From Sphyrna mokarran (Eukaryota), in contig JAGIQG010000001.1 of NCBI GenBank assembly GCA_024679065.1, forward strand, positions 101,432,001-101,496,000: a DNA stretch of 64,000 bases, written 5' to 3'. Under the pieces are notes generated by a model, which was given only the letters and a program-made list of their open reading frames with translations, searched no databases and had not been told where the DNA came from. Positions within the stretch are counted from its first letter, which is position 1, and every line of letters begins with the position of its first letter. Of this stretch, positions 1 to 12,455 are shown piece after piece. Both the position numbers and the translations under genes were made by a program.

Positions 1-69
1 TAAGTTGATTGGTAAGACTCTAATAAATGAAAGCAGTTTTAGTATTGGGATATGGGTATCCCTAGCAAG

Positions 70-320
70 ACCAGATTCTATTACTTGTCACTAACTTGCC
101 CTTCAGAAGCCATCATCTTGCACTATTGCAGTCCAAAAAGGCAAAGATATAGATACTTACTTTGTGCTGTTGGATAGGGAGTTCCAGGATTTCAACTCAG
201 TGATAACGAAGAAGTGACAATATATTTCCAAGCCAGATGTTGTGGGATTTGCAGGCAAACTTGGTGGCAGTGTGTTCCCTTGCCCTTCTCCTTTGACATG
301 ATAGAGGTTCTGGGTTTCAG
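70..320 (-). mobile_element. 3' fragment of an L2/CR1-clade LINE
   Basis: gggagttccaggatttcaactcagtgataacgaagaagtgacaatatatttccaag is shared with the copies at about 16640-17485 and 22145-22880. Confidence 0.65.
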
Positions 321-1204
321 ATAATTAATTCATGTCTAAATGGGTTTTGATTCTCAGCTTAGCAGTCTTGAGTCATGTTGTAAACTATGGATTTTAATCT
401 TAGGCAGTTTAAGCTGCATGAAAATATTTTTATTGCTGTGCATGAAGTATGGCACGCATGTATACTAGTCTATTGTTCTCCTTCCCTGCATTACAAGTTC
501 TCGGGGTCGATAATTCAGGAAAAGTGTCGTGTGATATTTAAGAACATCCTTGCAATCGGCAACGAACAGTCAGCAGACAGGTCACACTGGGCTGCTCTCA
601 GTAGACCTCTGAGAGCATCTGAAGCTGGTTACTTTGGAGGGATGGGAAACCTTAAAAAAATTCAGTCCACAGTGTGGAGACTTCCATGAATGCAGACAAT
701 GCAGTGCACACTTCCTAAAATAATAAAAAAATGAACTGGGCATTTTCACAGTGAAATTGGGAATAATATTTAAAATGATCAGACTATAAGAGCAATTTAG
801 ATTTAAGCTTCCCTGTTGGGAATGTGAATAAAGGCATTGCCCAGAGCTGCATCAAGATCGTCTAATCCTACCTTTGAGTCCCCATCTGTGTGAAATTAGC
901 TGTCTTGGTTACGGTGATATGGATTGGCCTCAAATCCCTGGTCCAAGAAGGGGAAAATTAGCTTTTATCCCCACTTGCAATTCTAAACCAGCGATCACTG
1001 CCAGAAAGTGTGTATTTATGAACAGAATCAGACTCAGCCAGGAATCCATGCACGAATCAGGGCTTACACGTAGGGAGTGATGACTTGGATGGGGTACTGG
1101 GGGCTACTGGTTTCATCAGAATTATATCCCAGAGAGTCGGCATCTGCAGCGAAAAATACATTAAATCATTATTGATCAGTTCTTTATTCGGAAAGGGAGA
1201 AAAA

Positions 1205-1370
1205 CAGGGAGAAGAATTACTGCGGTGCCCTTTCACATTTAGTACCTCTGCTTGAATCCAGCCCAGATGATTGAAATTAAAGCTTTCTATTTCTTGAATA
1301 TAAAACTCTGATGTGGAATGGGCTTAATCAGTCTCACCCATTTCTTCGCATTTACAAATCCAAGACATGC
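1205..1370 (+). mobile_element. Possible old tRNA-SINE fragment resembling an LF-SINE-type head
   Basis: ccctttcac...ttgaatccagcccag...atgtggaatg...cagtctcacccatttc resembles my recollection of the LF-SINE 5' half. Highly degenerate. Confidence 0.3.
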
Positions 1371-2205
1371 TGCGCTGCAAGTTCTAAGCACAGGGTGTGT
1401 ATTTTAGGAGGAGGAGAGGGGATATCCCAAAGATGGGCTGGGGAATCTGTTTTGGAAGCTCATAAATAAGAGTTTGCAAGGAAATCACCTGCAAGTGCAA
1501 ACTTTTCCTGTGCAATTGCCCGGCACCAGAAACCAACCCCAAGGAACAATATCCCCCATTCCCGCAGCAACTCCCCAACCTATGAGATTTCCTACTGCCA
1601 GCTCAACTCTCAATCATCTCCCCACTGAGGCCTGGCCAAAAATGACACAACACTCTGTCTCCCAAGGCATTACCTTCATAATTGATGCATGACGCCTCTT
1701 CCCACATCCCCCCTCTACCCCCAAAGCCCGAACTGCACCCTCCTTCAACTCTGGTCACCACTGCAAAAAAGTTCAGGACCAAACTGGCCCTCGTTAGCGT
1801 GATGTTGACCACCATAGAGCCCACAAAGATGTGTGATATGGGAACTTAAGTTTTCAATTGGTCTACTAGGGAAGCTTTGCTAAGTTTGGGTCTAAGGAAG
1901 CATGTTGGAGGAAAGCAGAAGGAGATTTATTTTGTATTGAAAGGTATTGTACAAAATCCGACAGATAATATCAAATACCTGAAATAAGAATTGTTTCCAC
2001 TGTGGAGGCATAAATTCACTCAAAAAAAATATTTTGACAGAAAATGTTAAAAACTGAGATTTAAAAAACTTTGGTTTTCTGGTGCCATGTAGTAGTTCCA
2101 TGTGATGTGCTGAATGCTTGCTAGACTCTTTCTTGTTGATCCTCTAGAGACCATCTGTGCTGGGAGCATTGATTATAACGCGTCTGCTGGAATTAGATCT
2201 TTCTG

Positions 2206-2249
2206 GTTGCCATGCCAACTAATCAGCTGGTTCCTGTTGCCATGGTAGT
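2206..2249. promoter_or_regulatory. Tandem RFX X-box-like motifs (candidate intronic enhancer)
   Basis: GTTGCCATGCCAAC at 2206-2219 and GTTGCCATGGTAGT at 2236-2249, with E-box CAGCTG at 2224-2229 between them. Confidence 0.45.
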
Positions 2250-2533
2250 AAAATGTCACAGCTCAGAGAACCGCAACAGGAATTGAGCAAAACAGCAAAT
2301 GTTTTCTTAATTGCAGTCCTCCACTATCAAAGACACTTTTTAAGAACACGATGAAAGAGAAAATCTGCCAAGTACATAAATAAGTCAAAGTTTGGTGAGA
2401 AAGACCATACTCTTTGATTTTAAGGCTAAATGTCACATTTATTCATTCCTTCACTTTATTGAAAAAGCGCTCATTTTTTTTTTAATTTTTAACTCCTTTC
2501 TTTCCTTTTAAATCCTTGTTGCCAACCTGACAG

Positions 2534-2656
2534 GTTTGCACCGAAGGAAGGTTGATTCTGGAGTTTACATTTGATGACTTGATGAGAATAAAGACATGGC
2601 ACTTTACCATCCGGCACTACCGAGAGTTAGTCCCACGCAGCATTCTTGCCATGCAT
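2534..2656 (+). CDS. LDB2: LDB2 internal coding exon (LIM_bind/dimerisation domain): VCTEGRLILEFTFDDLMRIKTWHFTIRHYRELVPRSILAMH
   Basis: Pyrimidine-rich tract and cag acceptor at 2531-2533, gtaagt donor at 2657, 123 nt, phase 0/0. The manual translation closely matches vertebrate LDB2 (VCTEGRLILEFTFDDLMRIKTWHF) rather than LDB1 (VCVEGRLYLEFMFDDMMR). Confidence 0.97.
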
Positions 2657-3149
2657 GTAAGTAACATCCTTTTATTGCTCCTCTGAAATCAAATGTCATT
2701 TTTCTATGAAAGCCTGATTTATAAATACTTCTGTGTAACCTCTTAATGTATACAAGTCAGAATTCTTGTATCTTACAAGAATATATCACAACAATATCAC
2801 TTGATGTTCTATGACAGTTTATGGACCAAAGAAAATGGAAAATATAATCAGTCACATAGGTGCTATTTAAGAAAAACACTACAACACCAAAATGCCACCT
2901 TTATATTTCAAAAGTACCTAATTGATTGTAAAACACTTTGGTATGTCCTGAGACAGTGAAAGGCATTATATAAATAAAAGTTTTTCAATATATAATATCT
3001 CTTTATAGTTGAAACTGATTAAAATTTAGAATATATTGTTCAGTTTTTACCTCAATGAGTACTACCAGTTCCCTAAAGGCAAAGCTAATGAGTGAGTTAC
3101 AACCAAACTTGGGACTAGAAATCTAATAAGTTCCACACTGGTTAAATAT

Positions 3150-4312
3150 TCTGTCTACAATAAGGTGCTGCACAAAAGGTTAAGATTTCATAGGCCTGGG
3201 AGTGACATATTAGCTTGGATAAAGAATTGGCTAACCAAAAGAAAACAGAGAGTGGGGGTAAATTGGTCTTCTTTTCGTTGGCAATCTGTAACTAGTGGGG
3301 CGCCACAGGGTTTGGTTCCCAGGCCCCAAATATTTACAATCTATATTAATAACTTGGATGCAGAGATAGAAGGTTCTGTAATTAAACTTGCAGATTACCC
3401 TAAAATAGTGGGAAAGCACGTTGCAATGAGAAAATAAGAAATTTGCAAATGGATAAGGGTGGATTAAGTGAAGGGGCCAAAAATTGGCAGATGGAATTTA
3501 ACACGGATAAGTGTAAGATTTTTAATTTTGGTCAGAAGAATAAAAAGGCAATTTATGATTTAAAAGGAGAGAAATTGCAAAATATTTTGGTGCAGAGGGA
3601 TTTGGGTGCATGAATTGCAGAAAGTTTAGTATGCAGGTGCAGCAGGCAATAAGGAAGGCACATGGAATTTTGGCATTCATTGCAAATGGAATAGAGTATA
3701 AAAGTAGGAAAGTGCTGTTTCAATTATATAGGGCATTTCTGAGATCACATCTGGAATACTGAATTGACTTTTGATCCCCTTATTTGAGGAAGGACATAAA
3801 TGCATTGGAGGCTGTTCAGAGAAGATTCACTAGATTGATTCCAGGATGTAGGATTTGTCTTATGAAGAGAGATTGAACTATTTAGGTTGATACTCGCTGG
3901 AGTTTAGAAGGATGAGAGACGATCTAATTGAGGTATATAAGATGCTAAAGGGGATTGACAGGGGAGATTTAAAGTGGATGTTTTTCTTTGTTGGGGGAAT
4001 GAGAGGCCATAATTCTCAAACATGAGGCCATAATTTTAGACTAAAGGGTGGCAGATTAGAAATAAGGAGAAATTGCTTAATTCAAAGGGTCATGAATCTG
4101 TGAATTATCCACCCCAGAGTGCAGTGGACGGCATAATGCTAAACAAATTTATGAAGGAAGTAGATAGGTTTTTCATTCGTAGTGGGATGAATGTTTATGG
4201 GGAGAGGGCAGGAAGTTGAAGATGAGGCCAAAATGAAATCAGCCATAAATGTATTGAATTGTGGAACACGCTGAAGCATTGCTTACTCCTGCTCCTATTT
4301 TTTATGTTCTTA
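3150..4312 (+). mobile_element. 5'-truncated, decayed CR1 LINE (RT C-terminal half through 3' end)
   Basis: ORF 3165..3437 reads WIKNWLTKRKQRV...VTSGAPQG...FTIYINNLD...KLADYPK (degenerate FADD). Typical CR1 tail cttactcctgctcctattttttatgttct. Confidence 0.92.
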
Positions 4313-4849
4313 GGTTACAAATGATTATATATTTAAGGGGAACCTCCATCTCATGGAAATGTATTTGCTAAATCAGTTTTATTTGTCAGCGCACAATCTG
4401 AGGAAGAAACCCAATTGCATTTGTTCCTTAATTCCTGTCAATTAATGTGACCTGACTTTCTTTTTTCCCCATCCTCCCAAACCATTCCTGCACAAAAAGG
4501 TTCCAAAAATACTTATGAAGAAAACATACTTCAGTTATTGCTTGAATTCTGTTAATGCAGAGTAAGAAGCCATTTGGTAATACTTCCTTGTTCATTACTA
4601 TGTTATTAATTTATAATTGTGTTTTTATTTTCTCAACAATGAATCATATTCCTCAATTTTGAATAAAGTTTGTATATTCTGAAAAACCTTAAATTTGTAA
4701 AAGTTATCACTATTATTTTATGTCATTGATGTATAAGATCACCTATAAATATGTTTCTTTCTCTGAGCATGCTCTCTCTGTTAATATTGTATTCGTTTGT
4801 GGAAACGTGGCCACTGAATTGCAAGTAAAACATGACTGACATTCTCATT

Positions 4850-5090
4850 CAGTGTCAGTGGTAGTACTCTTTGCCTCTGAGTCACAAAACTGTGCATTTG
4901 GGCCTCGACTGAAAGATTTGAGTGCTACATTGTGCAATCTTCTTGATTAGAAGATCAACTGAGACTGTCTGGTCAGCATTTACCTAGGAATTCCTGAGCC
5001 CTAATTGACTGAACTTCAAAATATCATTTATTGCAGGAAAGTAATCCAGACGTTTAAGTGTCCTGAAGGTGTGCTCAGAAATGTAAAACT
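4850..5090 (+). mobile_element. Decayed Deu-type tRNA SINE
   Basis: Head cagtggtagtactctttgcctctgagtca and tail gtcctgaaggtgtg...agaaatgtaa are shared with the element at 34806-35380. Confidence 0.55.
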
Positions 5091-6889
5091 TCAAATTATT
5101 TTTCTCTTTTCTGCTGTCAGAATTAAGTAGGGATGAGAGTGATTTTAAGTCTTATGTTTGCACGTTTTGTTCAAAAGGCACCTGAATCAAGAAAAAAAAG
5201 TGTATTAATTCTTGAAAGTCTGAAGTATTTATTATTATAGCTCACTCCTTGAGATATCATTGGCTTTAGTTCGTGCTTTTTATGAGCAAGTGTTTGCTGA
5301 CTCCTTTGACATCCTGCAAAGCCCCACTTCTGCATGAGACTTGGAACAGTGAATCCACCAAAGAATCAGAAAGAAGCTTAATGCCTTTTGTCAAACAAAT
5401 AAACAAGTTACATTCTAACACCAAAACATTGCTATTAAGAACAGCACTGGTAAATTTTATTGCATATTGCAAAATCTGTTAGAATGATTAGATTTACAGT
5501 GCATAGGAAATTATACTGTTTTAAGTTTCAACTAAGAACTTTATTGCATTCTGTTTTAACTTCATCTGGGATAGTATGTTTTGTGACGTCAAACTTGTTA
5601 GTAAAAAGGAAATTGGCTCAGTTTGATTATGTTAATATCTGAGAAATAATTTATATCTTTATGTCAGCTATTTATGTCTCTTATCATGATGCATTCTTTA
5701 TACATATCTCTTTATATCACAGTTATGTGAAAAAAAATCTTGGTTGCTCCAAAAAAAAATTGCCAAATTTTAATTTCAGTGATTTTGTTATCGTAATTTG
5801 AATTTCAGCATGTTAAATAGCTGTCTAGCTCACATTCCAACAGTCCAAGGTTTCAAATCACATGGGAAAATGGTACACAGAGTAATTACTGAACATTGTT
5901 GCAGATGTATAGCAGAATCCATTGAAAAAGAGACTTCTAGTTTTGCTTTTTAACCAGATGCTGCTGCCATCAACATTTAATGATCTGCCTGACACATCAC
6001 ATCTCCCTGAGAGGATACTAGCTGGTGCGCTCTCTGTAACATATTGTTTCACAGCTTGAAAAGGCATCCATAATCAAGGCATGTAGTCAACTATCAAAAA
6101 GAAAAACAGAATGAATTACTGAATCATGATCAAGAGAAGATTCCTTCACTGCGCCCTGACCCTTCCCACCCCCAGTGGATTCTTCTGGATCTATTGTAGT
6201 AGAAGTTGGCCATGAACATTGATATTGCTCTAAGCAAACAGATGAAAGGCAGAATGTTCTGCAAGTTCATGTTCATTATTTCTTGATTTGTATCATTGTG
6301 ATACTCACCGCCAAATAGCACAGTCCATGAACTGCTAGTTTTTATTTATTTGGCTTTTCTCTGTCTAATTCTTATCTTCAATATTTATACAACTGATATT
6401 GTACAAAAGATGGATGAATATATGGAAACATAACCATTCTTGTCAATAAGTTAATCTATGAGAGGTGTGCACTGCTGCAGACTTACAGAATAAAACATAA
6501 ACTCAGTACATCTGATGTTTAAATCTCAGCATGTAGAATATGAAATATTTATCTAAAATTGGGTGGATGTATGCATATATCGGGATAGTGGAGCACCAGA
6601 TGTAGGAATTGGAGAAAATGTTGATGTATTCAAGATTTCGTTCTTCCTGTCTCTCCCACTGGTTTTTTGACACTCTTCCACACTGGTGACTGAACTCTTT
6701 TGGTAATAGTTGCAATGTTGCTCAGAGGAAACATGAATTATTATCAATTCTGTTAAGTCTTTGAAAAACAGTGCTTGTTCTTTTGATTTAAGAATGATTT
6801 TAAAAGTTCAATTGCCTTGAATTTTTAATTTAATACAGTGCATGTGAAGTCCAGTTCATTTTACAATAACTGCAACTAATTATTATTGG

Positions 6890-7005
6890 TGCTAAATTCT
6901 CCCTCAATGTACCTGAACAGGCACCGGTGTATGATGACTAGGAGATTTTCATAGTGGCTTCATTGCAGTGTTAATGTAAGCCTATTTGTGGCACTAATAT
7001 ATTAA
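6890..7005 (+). mobile_element. SINE 3' fragment
   Basis: gctaaattctccctcaatgtacctgaacagg...cattgcagtgttaatgtaagcctatttgtggcactaat is the reverse complement of part of the SINE at 36475-36776. Confidence 0.75.
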
Positions 7006-7904
7006 AAAAATGCCCCATGTTCATTTTCTCTCCACGTCAGAGGGAAGTAATTGCCCAACTTTCTGGTTAAATTTTTACTTTCTTAGACACTTTAACTTTA
7101 CTGAATTTTCTAACCAAAGTAATCCATACTGATGCTCTTAATTGTCAGTAATAATAATCATAAAATTACCCAATTGTCATAAACATCAGGGAAGGAAATC
7201 AGCTTTACCTGATCTGACTTGAAACATTGCTAGGTGATTGACTCTTAATTACCTTCCACAATATCTGATTAAGCCATACCATTGCATGAAACTGCTACAA
7301 AGAACAAAATCCAATCCAGTCAATGCTATAAAATTTTCCTTGCTGACATCTAGGATTTGTGCCAACATTGGAAAGGCTGTTCCACAAGGTAGTCAAGCAA
7401 GTAGCCTGACAATCATACTCACAGAATTGTACCTTTCAACCAACATTCCAGCACTGTTTCATCACCAAGCCTGAGTGTGATATTCCATTGGTAGCCACAT
7501 CCCCCAGAGTGGCAGCACGATATGCAATTGGGAAGAAGTGCTCCTGACAGTCCTTAACATTGACTTCAGAGCCCATGGTATCAGGCCAACACGGGCAAGG
7601 AAACATTATCACCCATTGCCCTCCCTCAGCTGATAATTAGTACTCCGCCAGTTTGAATACTAATTGGAAGAAGCACTGAGAGGAGTAAGGGCACATAATG
7701 TACCCTAAGTGGATGACTTCAATGTCCACCATCAAGAGTGCACAGATAGGGCTGTTTTGATCATTTTGGCCATGTCCTAAAGGACATGGCAGCCAGATTG
7801 AACCTATGGCAGGGAAATATGTATATGATTTTGCCGTCACCAAACGACCTGTCACCTAATTGTCCAATATTGGTAGGAATGACGACCATATAACCCTGGT
7901 GGTG

Positions 7905-8452
7905 CTGCCTGGTGATTGTCAAGAGGGCACCATGCAAGACTGTTCTCTCCCTGTTGGGAAGAACTTCAGCAGTCGCTGGCATTCAGCCTCTGATCTTCTG
8001 ATAAGGCAGCTTCACGACACAGCCGTGCTGAGTCGCTAAGCAGAGACTGATAGCCAAGTTCCACATACGTGAGGACAGCCTCAACTGAGATCTTGGGTTC
8101 ATGTCACACTATCTGTAATCCCCATGACTTGCAAAATCTCACTAACTGTCCTATCTGGAGACAATACACATCTCTTTAACCCGTGCTTAATGCTCTCTCC
8201 ACTCACATTGTCTGCACCTTTTAGACTTGATTAGCTGTAAAGACTCGCATTCCAATCATTATTCTGAAATTATTGAGTTTGTGTCTTTATATGCCCTGTT
8301 TGTGAACAGAACTCCCACTCACCTGACGAAGGAGCAACGCTCCGAAAGCTAGTGGCGATTGTTACCAAATAAACCTGTTGGACTTTAATCTGGAGGTGTT
8401 GTGAGACTTCTTACTGTGTTTCCCCCAGTCCAACCCCAGCATCTCCACATCA
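7905..8452 (+). mobile_element. Penelope-like element 3' end (GIY-YIG C-terminus plus pLTR)
   Basis: cagagactgatagccaagttc...gatcttgggttcatgtcacactat gives QRLIAKF...DLGFMSHY. The terminal caaataaacctgttggactttaa...ctccacatca is shared with 43388-43520 and 61605-61798. Contains a hammerhead motif. Confidence 0.8.
8318..8355 (+). ncRNA. Minimal type-I hammerhead ribozyme motif (Penelope pLTR)
   Basis: tcac-CTGACGA(8323-8329)-a-ggagc-aac-gctcc-GAAA(8344-8347)-gc-TA-gtgg: conserved core, 5-bp stem II, palindromic AGCT in place of stem III, short stem I. Confidence 0.65.
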
Positions 8453-9703
8453 TTGCTTTAGAACCTCAGCAGCAATAGATTTGTATTCAATCACAGTCTG
8501 TAAATTCATTGCCTGGCATTTTTCTTGCTCTATAATGACCATCCTGCCATGAAATGAACACTAGTTCAAATGAGGTATACCAGAGTGAATGCTAGAAGCA
8601 GCACCATAATAACGAGGAACCAAGCTGATAGTGGCAAACCATAGGGCTGCATCCATGCTAAACAATGGGAACAACAGGCTAGCGACAGAACTAAGGGCTT
8701 CTTGAATCAATGGATCAGATCAAAGCTCTTCAATTCTTTTATATCCAGTTGTACATGGTGAACGATTAAACAGCTAACATCAAAAGGAGGCTTCATTAAC
8801 ATCCTCATCTTCAGTGATGGCAGAGCTTAGCGCAGATGCAAAAGTCAAGACTAAAATGTTTGCAATCATTTTCAACCAGAACTGCTGAACAGATAGCATA
8901 CCTAATTTAGGAAAATTATAACTTGAATTTTTTTTGAACAGAAGTACTCACTGATTAGGTTTTACTTTGTGGTCAACATATTATAAAAGATGAAATGGAA
9001 AAGATGAATATTTTTCTTGATTCAGAATGAGAGATGGAATACTGAATTTTTAACAAGTTTTATTAAGGTTTTTTTAAAAAATTTTAACATTCTTCAAATC
9101 TTAATGTTAGAGTTCAGTGAAATGAGTGTGGGATAATTTTGTACAATGTAGGCTGTACTCTAACTTAGAAATGAGATCCATCAGCCACTCATAAGAATGG
9201 TCAACTTTGTCTTTTCCATTCTGCCTGTTGATACTATACAGTTCTTCAGTAGGTTTGTTGAAGGTTTCAGTCCATTGTAAAGTCAATAAGCTCCTGCCTT
9301 GTCTGTGGAAATACTGTCATTCAGGTGAACTGATATCTGGTTCTGTATGGCTAGATTAAGCAGTATGCGTACATTAAGGTAATGTAAAGGCCGACTGTTT
9401 ACAAATGTATTTGACCTGCTTATCCCCACTGTTGAAGGATTAATGGATAAATGCATTGCTTGGTGTGGCACTGAGTTATGGAGTTTAGGAGAATCTTTGC
9501 TAATATAAATCATGATGTCAGTAGGAACAGTACAAGTGGCCTTCGGAAAAAGAATACTCAAATTCTTAGCAGAACCCTATTAAATACCAGTCAGTAATTC
9601 ATTCCTGGTGTGTGCTCTATGAATAGGTACAGTTGTTGGCTTTAAAGCAACTTGCTTTCATTTGATCAAATTTTGCATGTTCTAATTTTATTGCTCTTTC
9701 CAG

Positions 9704-9787
9704 GCACAGGATCCGCAGGTGCTGGAACAACTGTCCAAAAACATCACTCGTATGGGGCTGACTAACTTCACTCTCAACTACCTCAGG
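9704..9787 (+). CDS. LDB2: LDB2 internal coding exon: AQDPQVLEQLSKNITRMGLTNFTLNYLR
   Basis: ttgctctttccag acceptor, gtaaga donor at 9788, 84 nt, in frame with the previous exon. The motif RMGLTNFTLNYLR is LDB2-type. Confidence 0.97.
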
Positions 9788-11879
9788 GTAAGATCAGTAA
9801 ATTTAAGATCCATTTGATAAATTCCAAAATCAAACTCATTTTCAGAGTCAGATCTGAGTTGCCACATCTATTAATCTTCATTTGAAAGATGATTACAACA
9901 TCTAAAGGTGGGTAATCAGCTTAATTATGCAATGAAGATGGAGCTAACAGCAAGAAGTTGGTGTAAATTGGTGTGGGAGAAACACATGCTAATGGATGTT
10001 AATTTTATAGCAATTTCAATACTTGCATTATTTTTAAGGTGACTGTAATTTAAAATATTCTTCATAGAATATCTTTTTCAAAAAATTACTGAAAGAAATG
10101 GAAACTATTAGCAATATCCTAGTTAGTTATGCACTTTTAGGAGTCAATTATTTGTATTTTTTATGTGTTTGCGTTGATATCTTACAATTGTATTTTATGT
10201 GGTGTTGTTGTTACTGGATTTATTATGAGCATATGTATTTGTGCTAATAAACCAAATCTGATAATTCATTGTGAATATTGTTTATCAGCTAAGTTGATTA
10301 AATTGTCTGTAATCAATCTGAAGAGTTAATTATGACTCTTTGAATAATATAGCTGTAAATTAAATAGGACCTTTGATTGAATAAGACAAATAAGAAAGCA
10401 AGATATAAATTTGCTATTTTGGAAGCAGTCAGAACTGAAGGCTAGATTTTTCTTAACCATGTGATCTGAAATCTGCTGAGGAGAGGGAGAATGGAACAGG
10501 AGAACCTGCTGGTGGATCCTTGTCTTTGAAAACAGTGGCTGAAATTTTATTTGCCCCACCCAAGCAGGGAAATCAACTAGTAGATCCTTTACAGTTGGGA
10601 GCAGGTGCTAAGGACAGGGAAAGCAGCTTATTTTCTTGTCCTGCAGCCATGGTATTGCCAATCCCAGGTAAGTTCAATACAGGGGTGGCAGCAGGAGGAC
10701 AGCTGATTGCTCTGATGGAGGGAGGAAGTCTGAAAATAGCCATCTGACTCCAAGACTCCCAACAAGATGGATGAGGCCCTGTTCTGAGCCTGTTAGAGCT
10801 AAAAAATAATATTTCTCCTTCCTTGAATAGCAGCTTCTTTGTTCCACTGTAGCCCTGCCAGGTGTCGCTGCCTGACGATAGAGAGCTGCTTTTGCATCAT
10901 GTATGCAAGAACCTGCCCTGCATCTTTAATTCAGACCAAATTATGTGCAGTAATGGGCAGCTCCTCCAGCAATGGAACTACCTGGAAGATCAGTCAGATC
11001 AGGTTCTCTACCATAGGCTGGAAATAGTAGTCTAGATTTTCCATTGTTGACTCTCAATAGTAGTGGCATTGAATCAAAAAGCCAGTTGTAGAAAATGTGT
11101 TCCTTCCCACCAGAAATCCACCAACCTTATGCCATGGTGTGATTTCTAAGAGTAAAGGATGCTGCTGTGTAGCAAATTCCCATCTCAAATTAGTATCAGC
11201 TTCAAGTGAATAATAATGTGAAATCAGAGTCTGACAGTGTAAGGGAATCATCTGCAGTGATAGCTTAACCAAGGGCACAGGTGAGTAACTTAAATCTTTA
11301 ATATGTAAGTTATTTTTTGACCATTTCAGTATTTTTTTCTGTGGCACTTCTCATGAGCTTTTGTGCCAATTGTTCAATTTTTTTTGCCCCCCAGCACCAT
11401 TACTGCAACCAATGGGTTTCTCAATGGGAATTCCCCTATCTGAGGTGTTTGGAAAAAGAAGAAGAGGATCTACAGAGGGATGCCAGGCAGGTCAGGCTGC
11501 ACAAGAGGTGCTTTGTGCCCACCTGTCAGGTTTCTGACATCTGCATTTGCAGACAAATTGTGAACATAACTTACTTTGACAGTTAATTAGTGCATGTGGA
11601 GGTCCCACTTCCTGAAGGAAGTTGAGATAGTAGACCCAGTGGCACCATTCACCATTTGCATGAATGCCAAATTTTCAGAATGATGACACTCAATGTGTCA
11701 TAATTTCAGTGGCACTGCAGAAAAGGGAGGCATTCTGGGGTGATCAGCAGCCAGCGCACCCAGGTTGGCCACCAGGTAAAATGCCACCAGCCTGCACAGA
11801 CCCTAGGGCACTACCTTTAATCACTGCAGAAAAACTGTCTGCATTGGGTTTGGGTGGGTCAGCAGAGAGGCAGATAAAG

Positions 11880-12455
11880 AGCTGTATCTGAAATACAAGG
11901 AGTTTTATAAAGCTCTAGTTGGAATGCATCTGGAGCGTCACATTCAGTTCTGCGAAGTGTATCTCAGGAAGGATAGATTGGCATTGGTGGTGGTGCCACG
12001 GAGATTCTCCAGAATAATTCTAGGCTAGATGAGTTAAATTATGAGGACAAGTTACGTAGATCATGTTATATTCTTTGAATCCACTTGAAATTTAAGGGGT
12101 GATATAATTGAGTCATCTAAAATCATTAAAGGAATTGATAGGTTGGACTGTGGGCTGGAGTTTGGTGGAGGGTCTGGTGCAAGGGAGTATCATAAAATTA
12201 GGGCTTGGTAGTAACATCAGGATTGATGTCAGGAAGCATTTGGTGCACAAAGGATATTGGAAATTTGAATTTTTTCCTCGCAAAATGTTGTTGAAGCTTG
12301 GTCAATTGAAAAATTAAAACTGAAAATTTTAAAACTAATGTTTATAGATTTAGACAAGACTATTAAGAGGTATAGAACCAAGGCAAAAAAATAGAATTTT
12401 TCTCAAAAATGGCAGAATGGGTTCAAGTGAGAACTTGTAGTTCTTCCCATGTTTC
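11880..12455 (+). mobile_element. Decayed CR1 LINE 3' fragment
   Basis: ttataaagctctagtt...catctggag...cagttctg...ctcaggaaggatag corresponds to the CR1 ORF2 C-terminal LY..LVRPHLEY..QFW motif. Confidence 0.75.

Larger units (their letters stand above)
7130..8890 (+). mobile_element. Decayed L2/CR1-clade LINE (APE endonuclease region) interrupted by a Penelope element
   Basis: gatgacttcaatgtccaccatcaagagtg gives a (G)DFNVHHQE endonuclease motif. Homologous to 43590-44750. Confidence 0.75.
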
